A stretch of DNA of 64,000 bases from Gammaproteobacteria bacterium (lineage in GTDB: Bacteria > Pseudomonadota > Gammaproteobacteria > Ga0077536), in contig JBHIYN010000005.1 of NCBI GenBank assembly GCA_041984235.1, positions 195,083 to 259,082 of the forward strand, read 5' to 3'. The notes under the pieces were generated by a model. It saw only the letters and a program-made list of their open reading frames with translations. It searched no databases and had not been told where the DNA came from. The translations under genes were made by a program, and so were the position numbers. This document shows, in pieces, positions 44,203-54,600 of this stretch; position 1 is the first letter of the stretch, and the number at the start of each line of letters is the position of its first letter.

Positions 44203-45645
44203 ATGGGGAATGCATTACCGGCCGGCGATTACGTCCAGCACGACGCCACCGAGCTCGCGGCGATGATCGCGCGCGGCGACGTCAGCGCCACCGAGGTCAT
44301 CGCCACGGCGCAGGCGCTGATGCGCGAGATGAACGGCGAGCTCAACGTCGCCGTCGAGCAGTTCGAGCAGCCGCTCGCGCATGCCGACGACGGGCCGTTC
44401 GCGGGCGTGCCGTTCGTGATCAAGGATCTCGTGTGCCACGCCGAGGGCGTGCTGAGCGAGGCCGGCAGCCGGCTGTGCAAGGGCCTGCGTGCGCCGGCCG
44501 ACACGGCGCTGATGCAGCGCTGGCGCAAGGCCGGTCTCGCGACCATCGCACGCGTCGCCACCCCGGAGTTCGGTTACTGCGCCACCACCGAGTCGCTGGC
44601 CACCGGGCGTTCGCACAATCCCTGGGATCTCACGCGCAGCCCGGGCGGCTCCAGTGGCGCCTCCGGCGCCTCGGTCGCCGCCGGTATCGTGCCAATGGCG
44701 CACGCCAACGACGGCGGCGGCTCGATTCGCATTCCCGCCGCGGTCAACGGACTGGTCGGTTTGAAGCCGACGCGCGGACGCGTCTCGCTGGGGCCGGACA
44801 TGGGCGAGGCGCTGCAGGGCATGGCCATCGAGTTCGCGGTCACGCGCACGGTACGCGATGCGGCGCGCCTGCTCGACGCGGTCGCCGGCGCTGAGACCGG
44901 CGATCCCTTCATTCTGCCGCCGCCGCCGGTGCCCTACGCCGAAGCCATCGCGCAGCCGCCCAAAGGCCTGCGCGTCGCCGTGATGACCGAGGCCTGGTCA
45001 GGCGTACCGGTCGCACCGGAGATGAAGGAAGGCGTGGAGAAGACCGCGGCGCTGCTGGAGTCGCTGGGCCATCGCGTCGAGGAGGCCATGCCGAAGCTCG
45101 ACAACGCGCAGTTCATGGCCGCCACCCACGTGCACTGGATCGCGTTCGTGTATTACTCCATCCGCCATGCCGAGAAGCTGACCGGGCGCAAGGCCGGGCC
45201 GGACACGCTGGAAGCGACCACCCTCAAGTGCTACGAGGAAGGCGGCAAGGTCAGTGCCGAGACCCTGCTCGACGCGATTAGCGTCAGTAACCACGTGACG
45301 CGCGATTTCGCCCATTTCCTCACCGGCTACGACATCCTGCTGACCCCGACCACCGCGACCCCGGCGCTGCCGCTCGGCACCATCGACGCCAGCGCGGAGA
45401 ACGTCAGCGCGCGCGAGTGGACCGAGCAGCAGTTCACCTTCGCGCCCTTCACCCCGCAGTTCAACATGACCGGGCAGCCGGCCATCTCCCTGCCCATGCA
45501 CCGCAACGACGCGGGCCTGCCGTGCGGCGTGCAGTGCGTCGCGCGGCACAACGAGGAGCACCTGCTGCTCGCCCTCGCCGCGCAACTCGAGCAGGCCGAT
45601 CCGTGGCCGCGGCTGGCGCCGATGGCGACCGCGCGGGGCGGCTGA
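44203..45645 (+). CDS. amidase-signature family amidase
   Basis: 480 aa from [32 protein letters not shown]. The RBS AAGGGGGAGG is upstream. Catalytic K ... Ser-cisSer (GGSSGAS) region present ([35 protein letters not shown]). Confidence 0.85.
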   Translation: MGNALPAGDYVQHDATELAAMIARGDVSATEVIATAQALMREMNGELNVAVEQFEQPLAHADDGPFAGVPFVIKDLVCHAEGVLSEAGSRLCKGLRAPADTALMQRWRKAGLATIARVATPEFGYCATTESLATGRSHNPWDLTRSPGGSSGASGASVAAGIVPMAHANDGGGSIRIPAAVNGLVGLKPTRGRVSLGPDMGEALQGMAIEFAVTRTVRDAARLLDAVAGAETGDPFILPPPPVPYAEAIAQPPKGLRVAVMTEAWSGVPVAPEMKEGVEKTAALLESLGHRVEEAMPKLDNAQFMAATHVHWIAFVYYSIRHAEKLTGRKAGPDTLEATTLKCYEEGGKVSAETLLDAISVSNHVTRDFAHFLTGYDILLTPTTATPALPLGTIDASAENVSAREWTEQQFTFAPFTPQFNMTGQPAISLPMHRNDAGLPCGVQCVARHNEEHLLLALAAQLEQADPWPRLAPMATARGG

Positions 45646-45736
45646 ATATCCGTGCCGCGGCGGCCGGCCGCCGCGGCACTGGACCGCCGGACAAGACGGC
45701 ATGAAGATGGGCGCCCGCACGACGGGAGTTCAGACC

Positions 45737-46351
45737 ATGAACAATATCGACTCGGCGCAGGCACTGCGCGAGCGCTACGGCACGCCGGGCGCCCTGGCAG
45801 TCGCCTGCATGAAGGAGGCCCTGGACGACTACCACCGGCAGTTCATCGCCCTGTCGCCGTTCATCTGCCTCGCCACCGCCAGCGCCGACGGTCAGCCCTT
45901 CGTCTCGCCCAAGGGCGACGCACCCGGGTTCGTGCACATCGTCGATGAACGCCGTCTCGCCATTCCCGATCGGCGCGGCAACAACAAGGTCGAGTCGTTC
46001 ACCAACGTGGTCGAGAATCCGAAAGCGTCGATCATCTTCTTCGTGCCGGGCCTGCCGGAGACCCTGCGCGTGCGCGGCACGGCCGCGCTGTCGACCGACG
46101 CGGCGACCCTGCAGCGTCACGCCGTCAACGGCAAGCCCGCTGAGCTCGTGTTGCTGTTCGACATCGATACCGTCTACTTCCACTGCGGCAAGGCGGTGGT
46201 GCGCTCGAAGCTGTGGGACGCCGGGCATCAGGTTGCGCGCGATGCCTTTCCACCCTTCGGGCGCGTGATCAGGGAGCAGGCGAAGCTCGCGGCGAGCGAG
46301 GACGAAGCGCAGGCGCTGGTCGACGACATGTATACGAATGGCCTGTACTGA
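45737..46351 (+). CDS. pyridoxamine 5'-phosphate oxidase-like FMN-binding family protein
   Basis: About 204 aa from MNNIDSAQALRERYG. It is the MSMEG_1061/PPOX-class split-barrel type (...FICLATASADGQPFVSPKGDAPGFVHIVDERRLAIPDRRGNNK...). Confidence 0.65.
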   Translation: MNNIDSAQALRERYGTPGALAVACMKEALDDYHRQFIALSPFICLATASADGQPFVSPKGDAPGFVHIVDERRLAIPDRRGNNKVESFTNVVENPKASIIFFVPGLPETLRVRGTAALSTDAATLQRHAVNGKPAELVLLFDIDTVYFHCGKAVVRSKLWDAGHQVARDAFPPFGRVIREQAKLAASEDEAQALVDDMYTNGLY

Positions 46352-46437
46352 CCCCCCGCATCCGCGCGACTGCCGCACGGCATGACCGCTAACGGACGGA
46401 TAGCGCCGTGATCTGCCACTGGCCCGCGCCGGGCTGG

Positions 46438-49400
46438 TCAGGACGCGCCGGGCGTCACCGGGGAGGCGGCAGCGGCGGGCGTACGCCGCTTGATGACCAG
46501 CAGGCAGGCCGCACTCAGCAGCATCCATAGCGAGGCCGGCAACGGCACCGCCGCGGCAACGAGCCGGATGTCCGTGCCGTCGTTGAGCAGCGCCAGGCTC
46601 AGCCCGCTGACCGTCGGCAGGTTGATCTCGAAGAACGAGCCGCTGATCAGCGCCGCCGAGATAAGGTGGAAGACGTCGCCCGCCTGCGGCACGAAGCCGT
46701 CATAGAGCACGACATCCATGGTGCCGCCCATGATGTCCAGTGCACCGCCCACGTCGACCGCGTCGTAGCCGTCGGGCGGCGCGCCTGCCAGTTCGCCGCG
46801 GTCGTAACCGCCGATCTCGAACAGGGAATCGAGAGCGACGCCGAACACCGCGTCGCCGGCGATGTTGACGTAACCGGGGCTGTTGCCGGGGCGCAGGTCG
46901 CCTTCGAAGTGCACCGTGCCCGACCCGGTGTAGCTGCCGCTGCCACTGGCCGCGCCGAGGATCACGGTGCGCGCGCCGGCGGAGGTGCGGATCTCGGTGC
47001 CGTTGTGCACCAGGTCGTCGAAGATCGTGGTGGTGCCGCCGCCGGAGGTGATGATGCGACCGGTACCCTGGTTGTCGATGTCGCCGAACAGGTTGGCGCC
47101 GCCGCCACTGAAGGCCATGACGCCCTGGTTGACGACGTTTGCCGCGATCAGGGTGCCGTGCCCGGCGATGAAGGCACCGGCCTCGTTGTCGAGCGCGGCG
47201 GTGAACTCGGCGACGCCGCCGAACAGGTGCAGGTCGCCCTGGTTGACGGCACCGGCCGCATTGACCTGCAGGGTCTCGCCGGCGTTCTGACGGATCTCGC
47301 CGTTGGGGCCGTTGACGAACTGGCCGGCGACGTCGATCCGGCCACTGCCGGTGACCAGGCCCTCGTGGTTGTCGAAGCTCTGCGCCTGCAGCCGCGCGCG
47401 ACCGAAGTCGCTCATCACCAGCGTACCGCCGTTGGTCACCGCGCCGGTGGTGAAGACCCCGCGCTCGACGGCAACCACCCCTCCGTTGTCGATGTCCAGC
47501 GATGCGGAACGCGCCACCCCGCCGCTGACGCTGAGATCACCGCCACCGAAGACCCGCAGGGCGTTGTCGACCTCCAGGGTGCGCGTGGCTGAGACGTCGA
47601 GCACGCTGAAGGCCGGGCTGGTACTGGCGATCGTGAGCCCGGCGGCGCCGGTCACGCGCAGCTTGCCGGCACGCCAGTCGAAAATGCCGTCCACGTCCAG
47701 GGCGCCGGTGCGCAGCACGCCCTGGTCCAGCGTCAGGATGTTGAACGGCGCAATGGTCGTCGTGGCGGCAACCTCGAGCAGCTTGAACCCATCCACGGTC
47801 AGGGCGCTGCCGAACAGGCCGGAACCGTCGAGCGCAAAACCGGTGGGCCCGGTGATCGCGAGGTGACCGCTGGTCCAGTTGAAGGTGCCATCGCCGGCCG
47901 TGCCACCGGGCGCGGTCGCGGTCTTGCCGATGGCACGGACGCTGAAGAAGCCGCTCTCGAAGTTGACCGTGCCGCCGGCGAAGACGTCGAGTTCCGCCGT
48001 CGAGTGCACTTGTGCATCGTCGAGGATGTCGAGCGTGCCACTGCCACCGTCGCGTCCCAGCGAGAGCGTGTCCACCCACAGCGTCATGCCGCTGCCGGTT
48101 CCCTCGACCGTCACCCGACCAAAGCCGCCGGCGGCGACACCGATGGCGGTTTCTCCGTCCGGGTCGAGGATGTCGCCGATCACGATGTCACCGCCGCCGT
48201 CGATACGCAGGGTGCCGGAGCCGGCGTCACCGACCGTGAGCGCGGCGGCCGACGCGAAGCTGCTGCTGCCGTGGATGCCGACGTGACCCGTAGCGCCGTC
48301 GAATGCACCGATCCTGATCAGCCCGGCGTCCTCGACGCGCGCCCACGCGCTGACGTCCACCGTCCCCGTTCCGAAGAAGCCGACATCGATAGCGCCGCCG
48401 CCGGCGCTCCAGGTCGTGCCGCCGCCACTCAGCGCGACCAGGCCGGTGGCGTCGGCGCCGGCGCCGATGCGGAACACGCCCTCCGTGGTGAGCCCGGCGC
48501 CGCCCGTGATCACGGCCTCGGCCCGGCCCAGGTGTCCCAGCAGCACGGTGTCGGTGATGCGCAGGGACGAGCCCTGGTCCACCGTGAGCGCGGCCCGGCT
48601 CGCTGCGTCGGTGTGCGCAAACCAGACCTGTCCGGACCAGGTCACGTCGCTTGCGGAGAGGATTTCGACCAGGTTGCCGCTGTCGTCGCTGCGCCCGAAT
48701 TTACTCTGCCCGGTCGCCACCCAGGTCGAGGCTTCCTCGATCCGGATGCGGCCGCTGTGCACGTTCGCCCCGCCGCTGACGACCGACGAAGCGCCGCGGA
48801 CGTAAAGATAGCCCCGGCCATCGTTCGAGGGTGTCGCGCTGCTGCGCGCCGGGCTGCCCATCGCGAGTGTGCCGCTACTCGTCCAGGTGCTGCCGTTGTC
48901 GACGATCACGGTGCTCTGAGCGGTGACGTTGGGGGCCATCGACGTCGCACCGTTGGTCAGCGTGGCACCGTGGTCGACCACCAGTTGACCGAAAGCCCGG
49001 TTGCCGATCGTCAGGTTCTGGTCGATGTCCAGCCGACTGCCGGCGCCGTCGACCCGCACTTCGCCGCTCGCGTTGGCGCTGCTGCCGTTGAGCTGGTCGC
49101 CGAGTGTCAGGTCGCTGGCGCTGACCACGCCACCGGCGAGCACGTCGAGAGTGCCCTGGCCGTTGTCGCCCACGGTGAGAGCGCCGCTCAGCGTCCACCT
49201 GCTGCCGGCGCCGCGCACCGTCGCCGCGCTCTTGTCACCGAACACGCCATCGTCGGCGATGATCCCAATGGAGCTGTCGAGCAGCGCGCCGTCGCTGACG
49301 ATGAGCGTGCCGAAGTGCCCGTCGCCGACATGTACGCGGCCGGTATCGAACACCGTGCCGTTGCCGGCAACCTCGAGACGGCCACGGGCCTGGTGGCCGA

Positions 49401-51363
49401 CGTAGACCGTGCCGGCCAGCGCATCGCTGCCGCCACCAACCGTCAGCAGCGCCTCGCCGCCGGACGCCGTCGCACCGATCCGCACGTCACCGGCGTCGAG
49501 CACCGACGCCGGCCCGGACACGCTAACGCTGCCGTTGCCGTTGATGCGCGTGCCGCCGCGCGCGACGCTGGCACCGTTGTCGATCTGGAACGCAGTGCTG
49601 CCCGACGCCGTGCCAACGATGAGATCGCGCCCGTCCAGGCCGCTCACGAATGCACCGTTGGTCAGCGTCACGGCGCCGCCCTCGAAGACGAGATCGCTGT
49701 TGTCCAGCGTTTTCACCTCGCCGCTGCCGGAGCGGCCGCCGTCGACGACGATGGCGGACGCGGCCGGCATCGACTGCGGATCGAAGTGCAAGCCGCCAAG
49801 CAGGAGATCGGTGGAGGTCATCGCGCCGAGCGGCGCCGAGCCGCGGACGATCATGTCGCCGGCCACGTCGACATCGGCGAAGGCCAGGGTTTGCAGACCA
49901 TGCGAGACGATGTAGTCACCGCCGACGTTGAGCATGCCCCTGAAGCGCAGCTCGGCGCCCTCACCGATCTCGACGTCGCCGGTGACGTCGACGACCACGC
50001 CCGTGTTGCTCGTGCTCTCGAGCAGCGCGGTGGGGCCATCGGTTCCGGAGACGTTGCCCAGCGTGATCGCGCTCGCCGACAGCGAGCCGCCCGATTCCAG
50101 CGTGATGGTGCCGTCGCCACCGCTGTTGCCGCCCGGCGCGACCGACGTGCCGCGACCGACCAGGACGTCGCCGGCGAGAACCTGCGCGCCGTCGCTGATG
50201 GTCAGCGCCGCGCTGCCGAAGCCGGCTACGGTGAGCTCACCGACGTCGAGCAGCGTCCCGGCACCCGAGACCGACACGCTGGCGCTGCTGCCGGCCTGCT
50301 CGGCCAGCATCGTGTCCCCGGCCTCGATGAGCGCGCCGGAGGACAGTGAAACAGTGGCGCTGCCCGCGCGTGCCAGGGTCAGGTTCGCATCACCCGTCGT
50401 GCCCACGGTCCAGCGCGTGCTGCTGCCGCCGAGCGCGACGGTGCCGACGCCCGAGCCCTGGTCGCCGACCACGGCCAGGCCGGTGCTCTCGATCACGCTG
50501 CCCTTGTAGGCCTGCACGTGCGCGGTGCCCGAAGTGCCGAGGTATAGGCTGCCGTCATTGCTCCAGGTACCACCGCTGCTCGCGCCGGCGCCGAAACCGA
50601 GAAAGACCCAGCCGGTACTGCCGTTGGCGAAGCCGACGCGCCCGGTCGTGTTGCTGACGCTGCCGCCGTCCTTGATCACCAGCGTGCCGTTGCTGCCGTT
50701 GTTGTGACCGACGTAGAGGAAGCTGCTGCCGGTCATGACGGCGCCGTCATCGACCTCCAGGCGCCCGCTGCCGCAGCGGCCGACGTCGACGATGCCGGTG
50801 TCGAGCCGGCTGCCAGCGCCGGTGACGACGATCTCGCCGCTGGATCCGCCGGCGTAACCGATGTTGACGCGCCCGCTGCCGTTCCTGAGCACGCGCGCGC
50901 CATTGGCGATCGTGAGCTCGCCATCGCCGTTGTAGCCGCTGTTCAGGGCGGTGAAGAAGATCTGCGACGCGCTGCCCGTGACCAGCCCGGTGCCGCTGCC
51001 GTTGCTGCCGAAGCCGAAATTGAGGTCGACGTTGGTGTTGATGGTTCCGCTGTTGATCGTGAGACCGCCGATGCCGTTGTCACCGACGTTCAGGTTGTTC
51101 TCGAATATGACCCGGGCGGTGGAACGATCGACGGTGAACGAACCGCCGTTGTCCAGCGTGACCAGCGCATAGGCCTGGATCACGTTCAGCGACAGGTCGA
51201 GGACCAGGTCGTCGCTGGCCAGCGGCACCCCGTTGGGGCTCCAGTTGGCAGCCGTGAACCAGTCGATGTCGGCGCCACCGTTGTCCCAGTGGCGGGTGAG
51301 GGCGTGGGCCGGCGCCGTCAGCAGCAAAGCCGCGGCCGCAAACCAGTTAGCGGATCTCATCAT
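46438..51363 (-). CDS. giant (about 1640 aa) secreted beta-helical repeat protein with a PEP-CTERM-like C-terminal sorting signal (autotransporter-associated beta-strand repeat type)
   Basis: Signal peptide MMRSANWFAAAALLLTAPAHA. N-terminal W/N-rich cap (HWDNGGADIDWFTAANWSPNGVP). Hundreds of G/S/T/A/V/N-rich beta-strand repeats. C-terminus ...AAAVPLPASLWMLLSAACLLVIKRRTPAAA gives a VPxP motif, a TM helix and a basic cluster. The long antisense ORF 47863-50349 is a composition artefact. Confidence 0.8.
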   Translation of the reverse strand: MMRSANWFAAAALLLTAPAHALTRHWDNGGADIDWFTAANWSPNGVPLASDDLVLDLSLNVIQAYALVTLDNGGSFTVDRSTARVIFENNLNVGDNGIGGLTINSGTINTNVDLNFGFGSNGSGTGLVTGSASQIFFTALNSGYNGDGELTIANGARVLRNGSGRVNIGYAGGSSGEIVVTGAGSRLDTGIVDVGRCGSGRLEVDDGAVMTGSSFLYVGHNNGSNGTLVIKDGGSVSNTTGRVGFANGSTGWVFLGFGAGASSGGTWSNDGSLYLGTSGTAHVQAYKGSVIESTGLAVVGDQGSGVGTVALGGSSTRWTVGTTGDANLTLARAGSATVSLSSGALIEAGDTMLAEQAGSSASVSVSGAGTLLDVGELTVAGFGSAALTISDGAQVLAGDVLVGRGTSVAPGGNSGGDGTITLESGGSLSASAITLGNVSGTDGPTALLESTSNTGVVVDVTGDVEIGEGAELRFRGMLNVGGDYIVSHGLQTLAFADVDVAGDMIVRGSAPLGAMTSTDLLLGGLHFDPQSMPAASAIVVDGGRSGSGEVKTLDNSDLVFEGGAVTLTNGAFVSGLDGRDLIVGTASGSTAFQIDNGASVARGGTRINGNGSVSVSGPASVLDAGDVRIGATASGGEALLTVGGGSDALAGTVYVGHQARGRLEVAGNGTVFDTGRVHVGDGHFGTLIVSDGALLDSSIGIIADDGVFGDKSAATVRGAGSRWTLSGALTVGDNGQGTLDVLAGGVVSASDLTLGDQLNGSSANASGEVRVDGAGSRLDIDQNLTIGNRAFGQLVVDHGATLTNGATSMAPNVTAQSTVIVDNGSTWTSSGTLAMGSPARSSATPSNDGRGYLYVRGASSVVSGGANVHSGRIRIEEASTWVATGQSKFGRSDDSGNLVEILSASDVTWSGQVWFAHTDAASRAALTVDQGSSLRITDTVLLGHLGRAEAVITGGAGLTTEGVFRIGAGADATGLVALSGGGTTWSAGGGAIDVGFFGTGTVDVSAWARVEDAGLIRIGAFDGATGHVGIHGSSSFASAAALTVGDAGSGTLRIDGGGDIVIGDILDPDGETAIGVAAGGFGRVTVEGTGSGMTLWVDTLSLGRDGGSGTLDILDDAQVHSTAELDVFAGGTVNFESGFFSVRAIGKTATAPGGTAGDGTFNWTSGHLAITGPTGFALDGSGLFGSALTVDGFKLLEVAATTTIAPFNILTLDQGVLRTGALDVDGIFDWRAGKLRVTGAAGLTIASTSPAFSVLDVSATRTLEVDNALRVFGGGDLSVSGGVARSASLDIDNGGVVAVERGVFTTGAVTNGGTLVMSDFGRARLQAQSFDNHEGLVTGSGRIDVAGQFVNGPNGEIRQNAGETLQVNAAGAVNQGDLHLFGGVAEFTAALDNEAGAFIAGHGTLIAANVVNQGVMAFSGGGANLFGDIDNQGTGRIITSGGGTTTIFDDLVHNGTEIRTSAGARTVILGAASGSGSYTGSGTVHFEGDLRPGNSPGYVNIAGDAVFGVALDSLFEIGGYDRGELAGAPPDGYDAVDVGGALDIMGGTMDVVLYDGFVPQAGDVFHLISAALISGSFFEINLPTVSGLSLALLNDGTDIRLVAAAVPLPASLWMLLSAACLLVIKRRTPAAAASPVTPGAS

Positions 51364-51364
51364 C

Positions 51365-51580
51365 TCAGGCCTCCCCGTCATCGGCCGGCGGCGGGCCCGG
51401 CTCGTCGTCACCCTGGCGACTCAGGAGCTCGAGCAGCTCGGTGACGCTGCGAAAGGCGCGCGCGGTGCCGCGCACCGGGTCCTCGACAATGCCGGCAGCG
51501 GCGGCGCCATCGCTGCCGCGCCGGTAAACGCGCACCACCATGCTGTCGCGGCATGCCGACAAGGCCGTGGATTTCGCCAT
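51365..51580 (-). CDS. small hypothetical protein (71 aa) between the STAND regulator and the PEP-CTERM gene
   Basis: MAKSTALSACRDSMVVRVYRRGSDGAAAAGIVEDPVRGTARAFRSVTELLELLSRQGDDEPGPPPADDGEA. Stop is 1 nt before the giant gene's ATG. Preceded by the 11-bp-periodic direct repeats. No family recognised. Confidence 0.35.
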   Translation of the reverse strand: MAKSTALSACRDSMVVRVYRRGSDGAAAAGIVEDPVRGTARAFRSVTELLELLSRQGDDEPGPPPADDGEA

Positions 51581-51635
51581 GTGGAACCTCCCTGCACCGC
51601 CCGCCGGTGCACCGCACCTACGCTAGGGGAGGCGT

Positions 51636-51658
51636 GTCACCGATGGGTCACCGATTGG
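51636..51658. promoter_or_regulatory. tandem direct repeats with 11-bp periodicity (GTCACCGATGG / GTCACCGATTGG): candidate SARP/OmpR-type activator binding site
   Basis: gtcaccgatgggtcaccgattgg sits 56-78 nt upstream of the 51580 start codon, in the gap just downstream of the STAND-SARP regulator gene. An overlapping short inverted repeat ccgattggcgatcgg follows. Confidence 0.4.
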
Positions 51659-51677
51659 CGATCGGGGCGGAGGCGGG

Positions 51678-54600
51678 TCAGTGGCGGCGGGACAATGCCG
51701 CGTAGATTTCGCGTGTCGGTGGCGACGGCTGCAGACCGAAGGCGGTCGCCAGGACGCGCTCGCAGGCGCGGTAGAAGCCGGCCGCCTCGCCGAACTGCTG
51801 CATCGCCACAGCGGCGCGCATCGCGCCCTGGTAGAACGACTCGGCGAGCGGGTCGAGCTCGATCCCGCGCCGGTACACCGCGAGCGCGCGGTCCGCTGCA
51901 CCGGTATCTTCGAGATGCGCGCCGTGACCATTGACCAGGCGCAGCACGCGCGAGCGCAGGCGCTCGCGCGTGCTGAGCAGCCAGGGCTCGGCGCTGTCGG
52001 CCTCGAGGAAATGCCCCTGGTACAGCGCGATCAGGACGTCCGGCGCGAACGGCTCGTCCAGGGTCGGCAGGCGGCGGGTCGCCTCGTCGAAGACCAGCGC
52101 ATCGACCCAGCACCGGCGCGGGTCCAGCGAGACGGTCTGCTCCTCGGTGACCAGGTTGGTCTCGCCCAGCAGCTTGCGCAGGCGGTACAGCGCGGTGCGG
52201 TACGCACGCTGCGCGGCATCGGCATCGGCATCGGCATCGTAATCACCCCACAGCGCCTCGACCAGCCGATGCTGGGACACGCGCGAACCGCCGAACGCGA
52301 TGATCGCCTTGAGCAGTTGCAGCGAGCGGCGTGGCGCCTTGCGCCCGAACTGGAGCGGCTGGCCGTCACGCAGGATCTCGAACCCGCCCAGCGTGCGTAC
52401 CGTGACCTCGTACGGCCATGCCAACGGGTCGACCTGTGCGTGCGGCGGCGCAAGCCCGAGCACGCGAATCGTTTGCCGGGCATAGGCCGGCTCGATGTCA
52501 TGGCGCAGGGCGCACGCCAGCACTCGCGCCAGGCCGGCCGCACTGAAGAACAGCGTGCGGCGCAGCGAGAGGCGCGCGGCAAGACCGAGCACCCCTTCCA
52601 GGACGCGCCGCGCATGAGCCTCTCTGCCCCGTCGCAGGGCGAGCTCCGCACCCAGCAACCCGGCCATCACCACGATCGGCGTGCAACCTTCACGATGCGC
52701 CGTGCGGCGCGCGCGGGCGAGCGCGCGTAGCGCTGAGGCGGCGTCGTCGCCATCGATGTCGATGCGCGCGATGCCGAGCAACGCGTACATGTGCAGCAGG
52801 CTGGTCGCGGACTCCTGCGGCAGGGCCAGCGCCGTGTCGAGTGCCGCGCGCGCGGCGAGCGGCTGCCCGCGCAACCATTCGAACCAGGCGGTCTCCAGGT
52901 GGAAGCGCGCCGTATGGTAGCCCCCGCGCGGCGGCGCGACGTCACGCAGGCGAGCGGCAGCCGCAGCGCCGGCGGCGACGTCACCCGCCGCGAAGGCGGC
53001 CAGGTTGGTCGCCGTCGCTATCAGGTGATCCAGCGTATGCAGACCGCGCTCGCGTGACTCGGACCAGCAGTCACTGACGGCGCGGTCGATCCAGTTGCTG
53101 TCGTCGCCGTAGAAGAACTCGAACTGCGCGCGCAGCATTTCCCACATGATGCGGGCGAAGGGAATGCGCGCAGTTTCCTCCAGGTCGGCGCCACGCGCAG
53201 CGATGAGTGCTCGTGCGGCGGGCGTCTCACCCCGGATCGTGTGCGCGAACAGGATCTCGGCGGCGACCATCACGCGGCGATGCCGGGAAGTTTCCGTCGT
53301 CAGCAGCGTACAAGCCTGCCCCAGCCATTCATCGAGGCGCGGGTGCCCCGGGAAACACAGCGCCATGGTGCCGAGCACCCCGGGCACCGCAATGCCACGC
53401 AGCGACGGCGCAGCCGGCCCCCCCTGCTCGTCTTGCAGGGCGAGGAGTTCTGCGAGGTCAGTGCCGATCCCCGCGAACTCGTGGGCCATGACGCGACTTT
53501 CCAGGATCGCGACCAGCGCCTGGAAGTGCCCGGGCACGTTGCCCTGCCGCGCATATGCCTCACGCGCCGCCTGCAGGCGCGCGATTCCGGTGGCCGGCTG
53601 CGTGATGACGTCGACAAGCCCGAGCCACAGGGACAGCGTCGCATCCTCGTTCACGATCGCGGGCGGGATCCGCTCCAGCCAGTTCTTCATGCGCGGGTGG
53701 CGCCCCCCGCGCAGCAGCTCCGGGCCCACCGCCGCACACAGCCGCGACACGCCCGCCCAGTCCGCGACGCGAACGCGGACATCGATGGCGGCTTCGGTGT
53801 CCCCCGCGACCTCGAGCATCGCGGCGGCCTTCTCGTGCAGGTCACGCCAGGCATCGGGCCCGAACGAGGCATCCCCTTGGCCACGCAGGAATTCACGGAA
53901 CAGCGGGTGCAGCACGTAAGTGGTCTCGCCGCGCGCTAGGTGAGCGGTGGTGAAGAAGTTGCGCCGCGCGAGATCGGGCAGGATGCGACTCGCCTGCTCC
54001 TGCTCCGCGAGGCGATCACCGAGCGCCGGCACGATGCGATCCCAGATCGCATTGGCAACGAGGTAGCGCTGCGTTGCTTGCGGCATGCGGCGATAGATTT
54101 CGCCGGCGAAGTAGTCGAACACCTCGTGCAGCGGTAATGACACGGCGCGGTCCCGCGCGTCGCCACCGAGCGCGGCCAGCTCGGTCGCCAGCACGAGGCC
54201 CGCGATCCAGCCGTCGAAACGAGCCAGCTCGGCGGGCTCGACGGCCACCTTGCGGCGGCGTGCGGCAGCGCGCAGTTCGTCCTCGCTCAGCCTCAACTGC
54301 GGCCAGCCGATGACCGCCATGCGGCCGTTGGCCAGCAGTGCGGCCATGGACTCGAACGGCTGCTCCCTGCTGACCATGAACAGGTTCGGATCCCCGGACA
54401 ATTCCCCGGCCGCGGCACCGAGCAAGGCCTCGACGCCCGGTACGTCCGCGATCGCGTCGACGTTGTCGAAGACGAGCACGAAGTCGCCGGGCAGGGCGGC
54501 GTACAACGTGCGGAAGTAGCTGCGTGCGAAGCTCGGTACCGCAGCGAGATACTCGACCGTCAGTTGTGGCAGATCGAGCCGGCGGCGCGGGAAACGCCGC

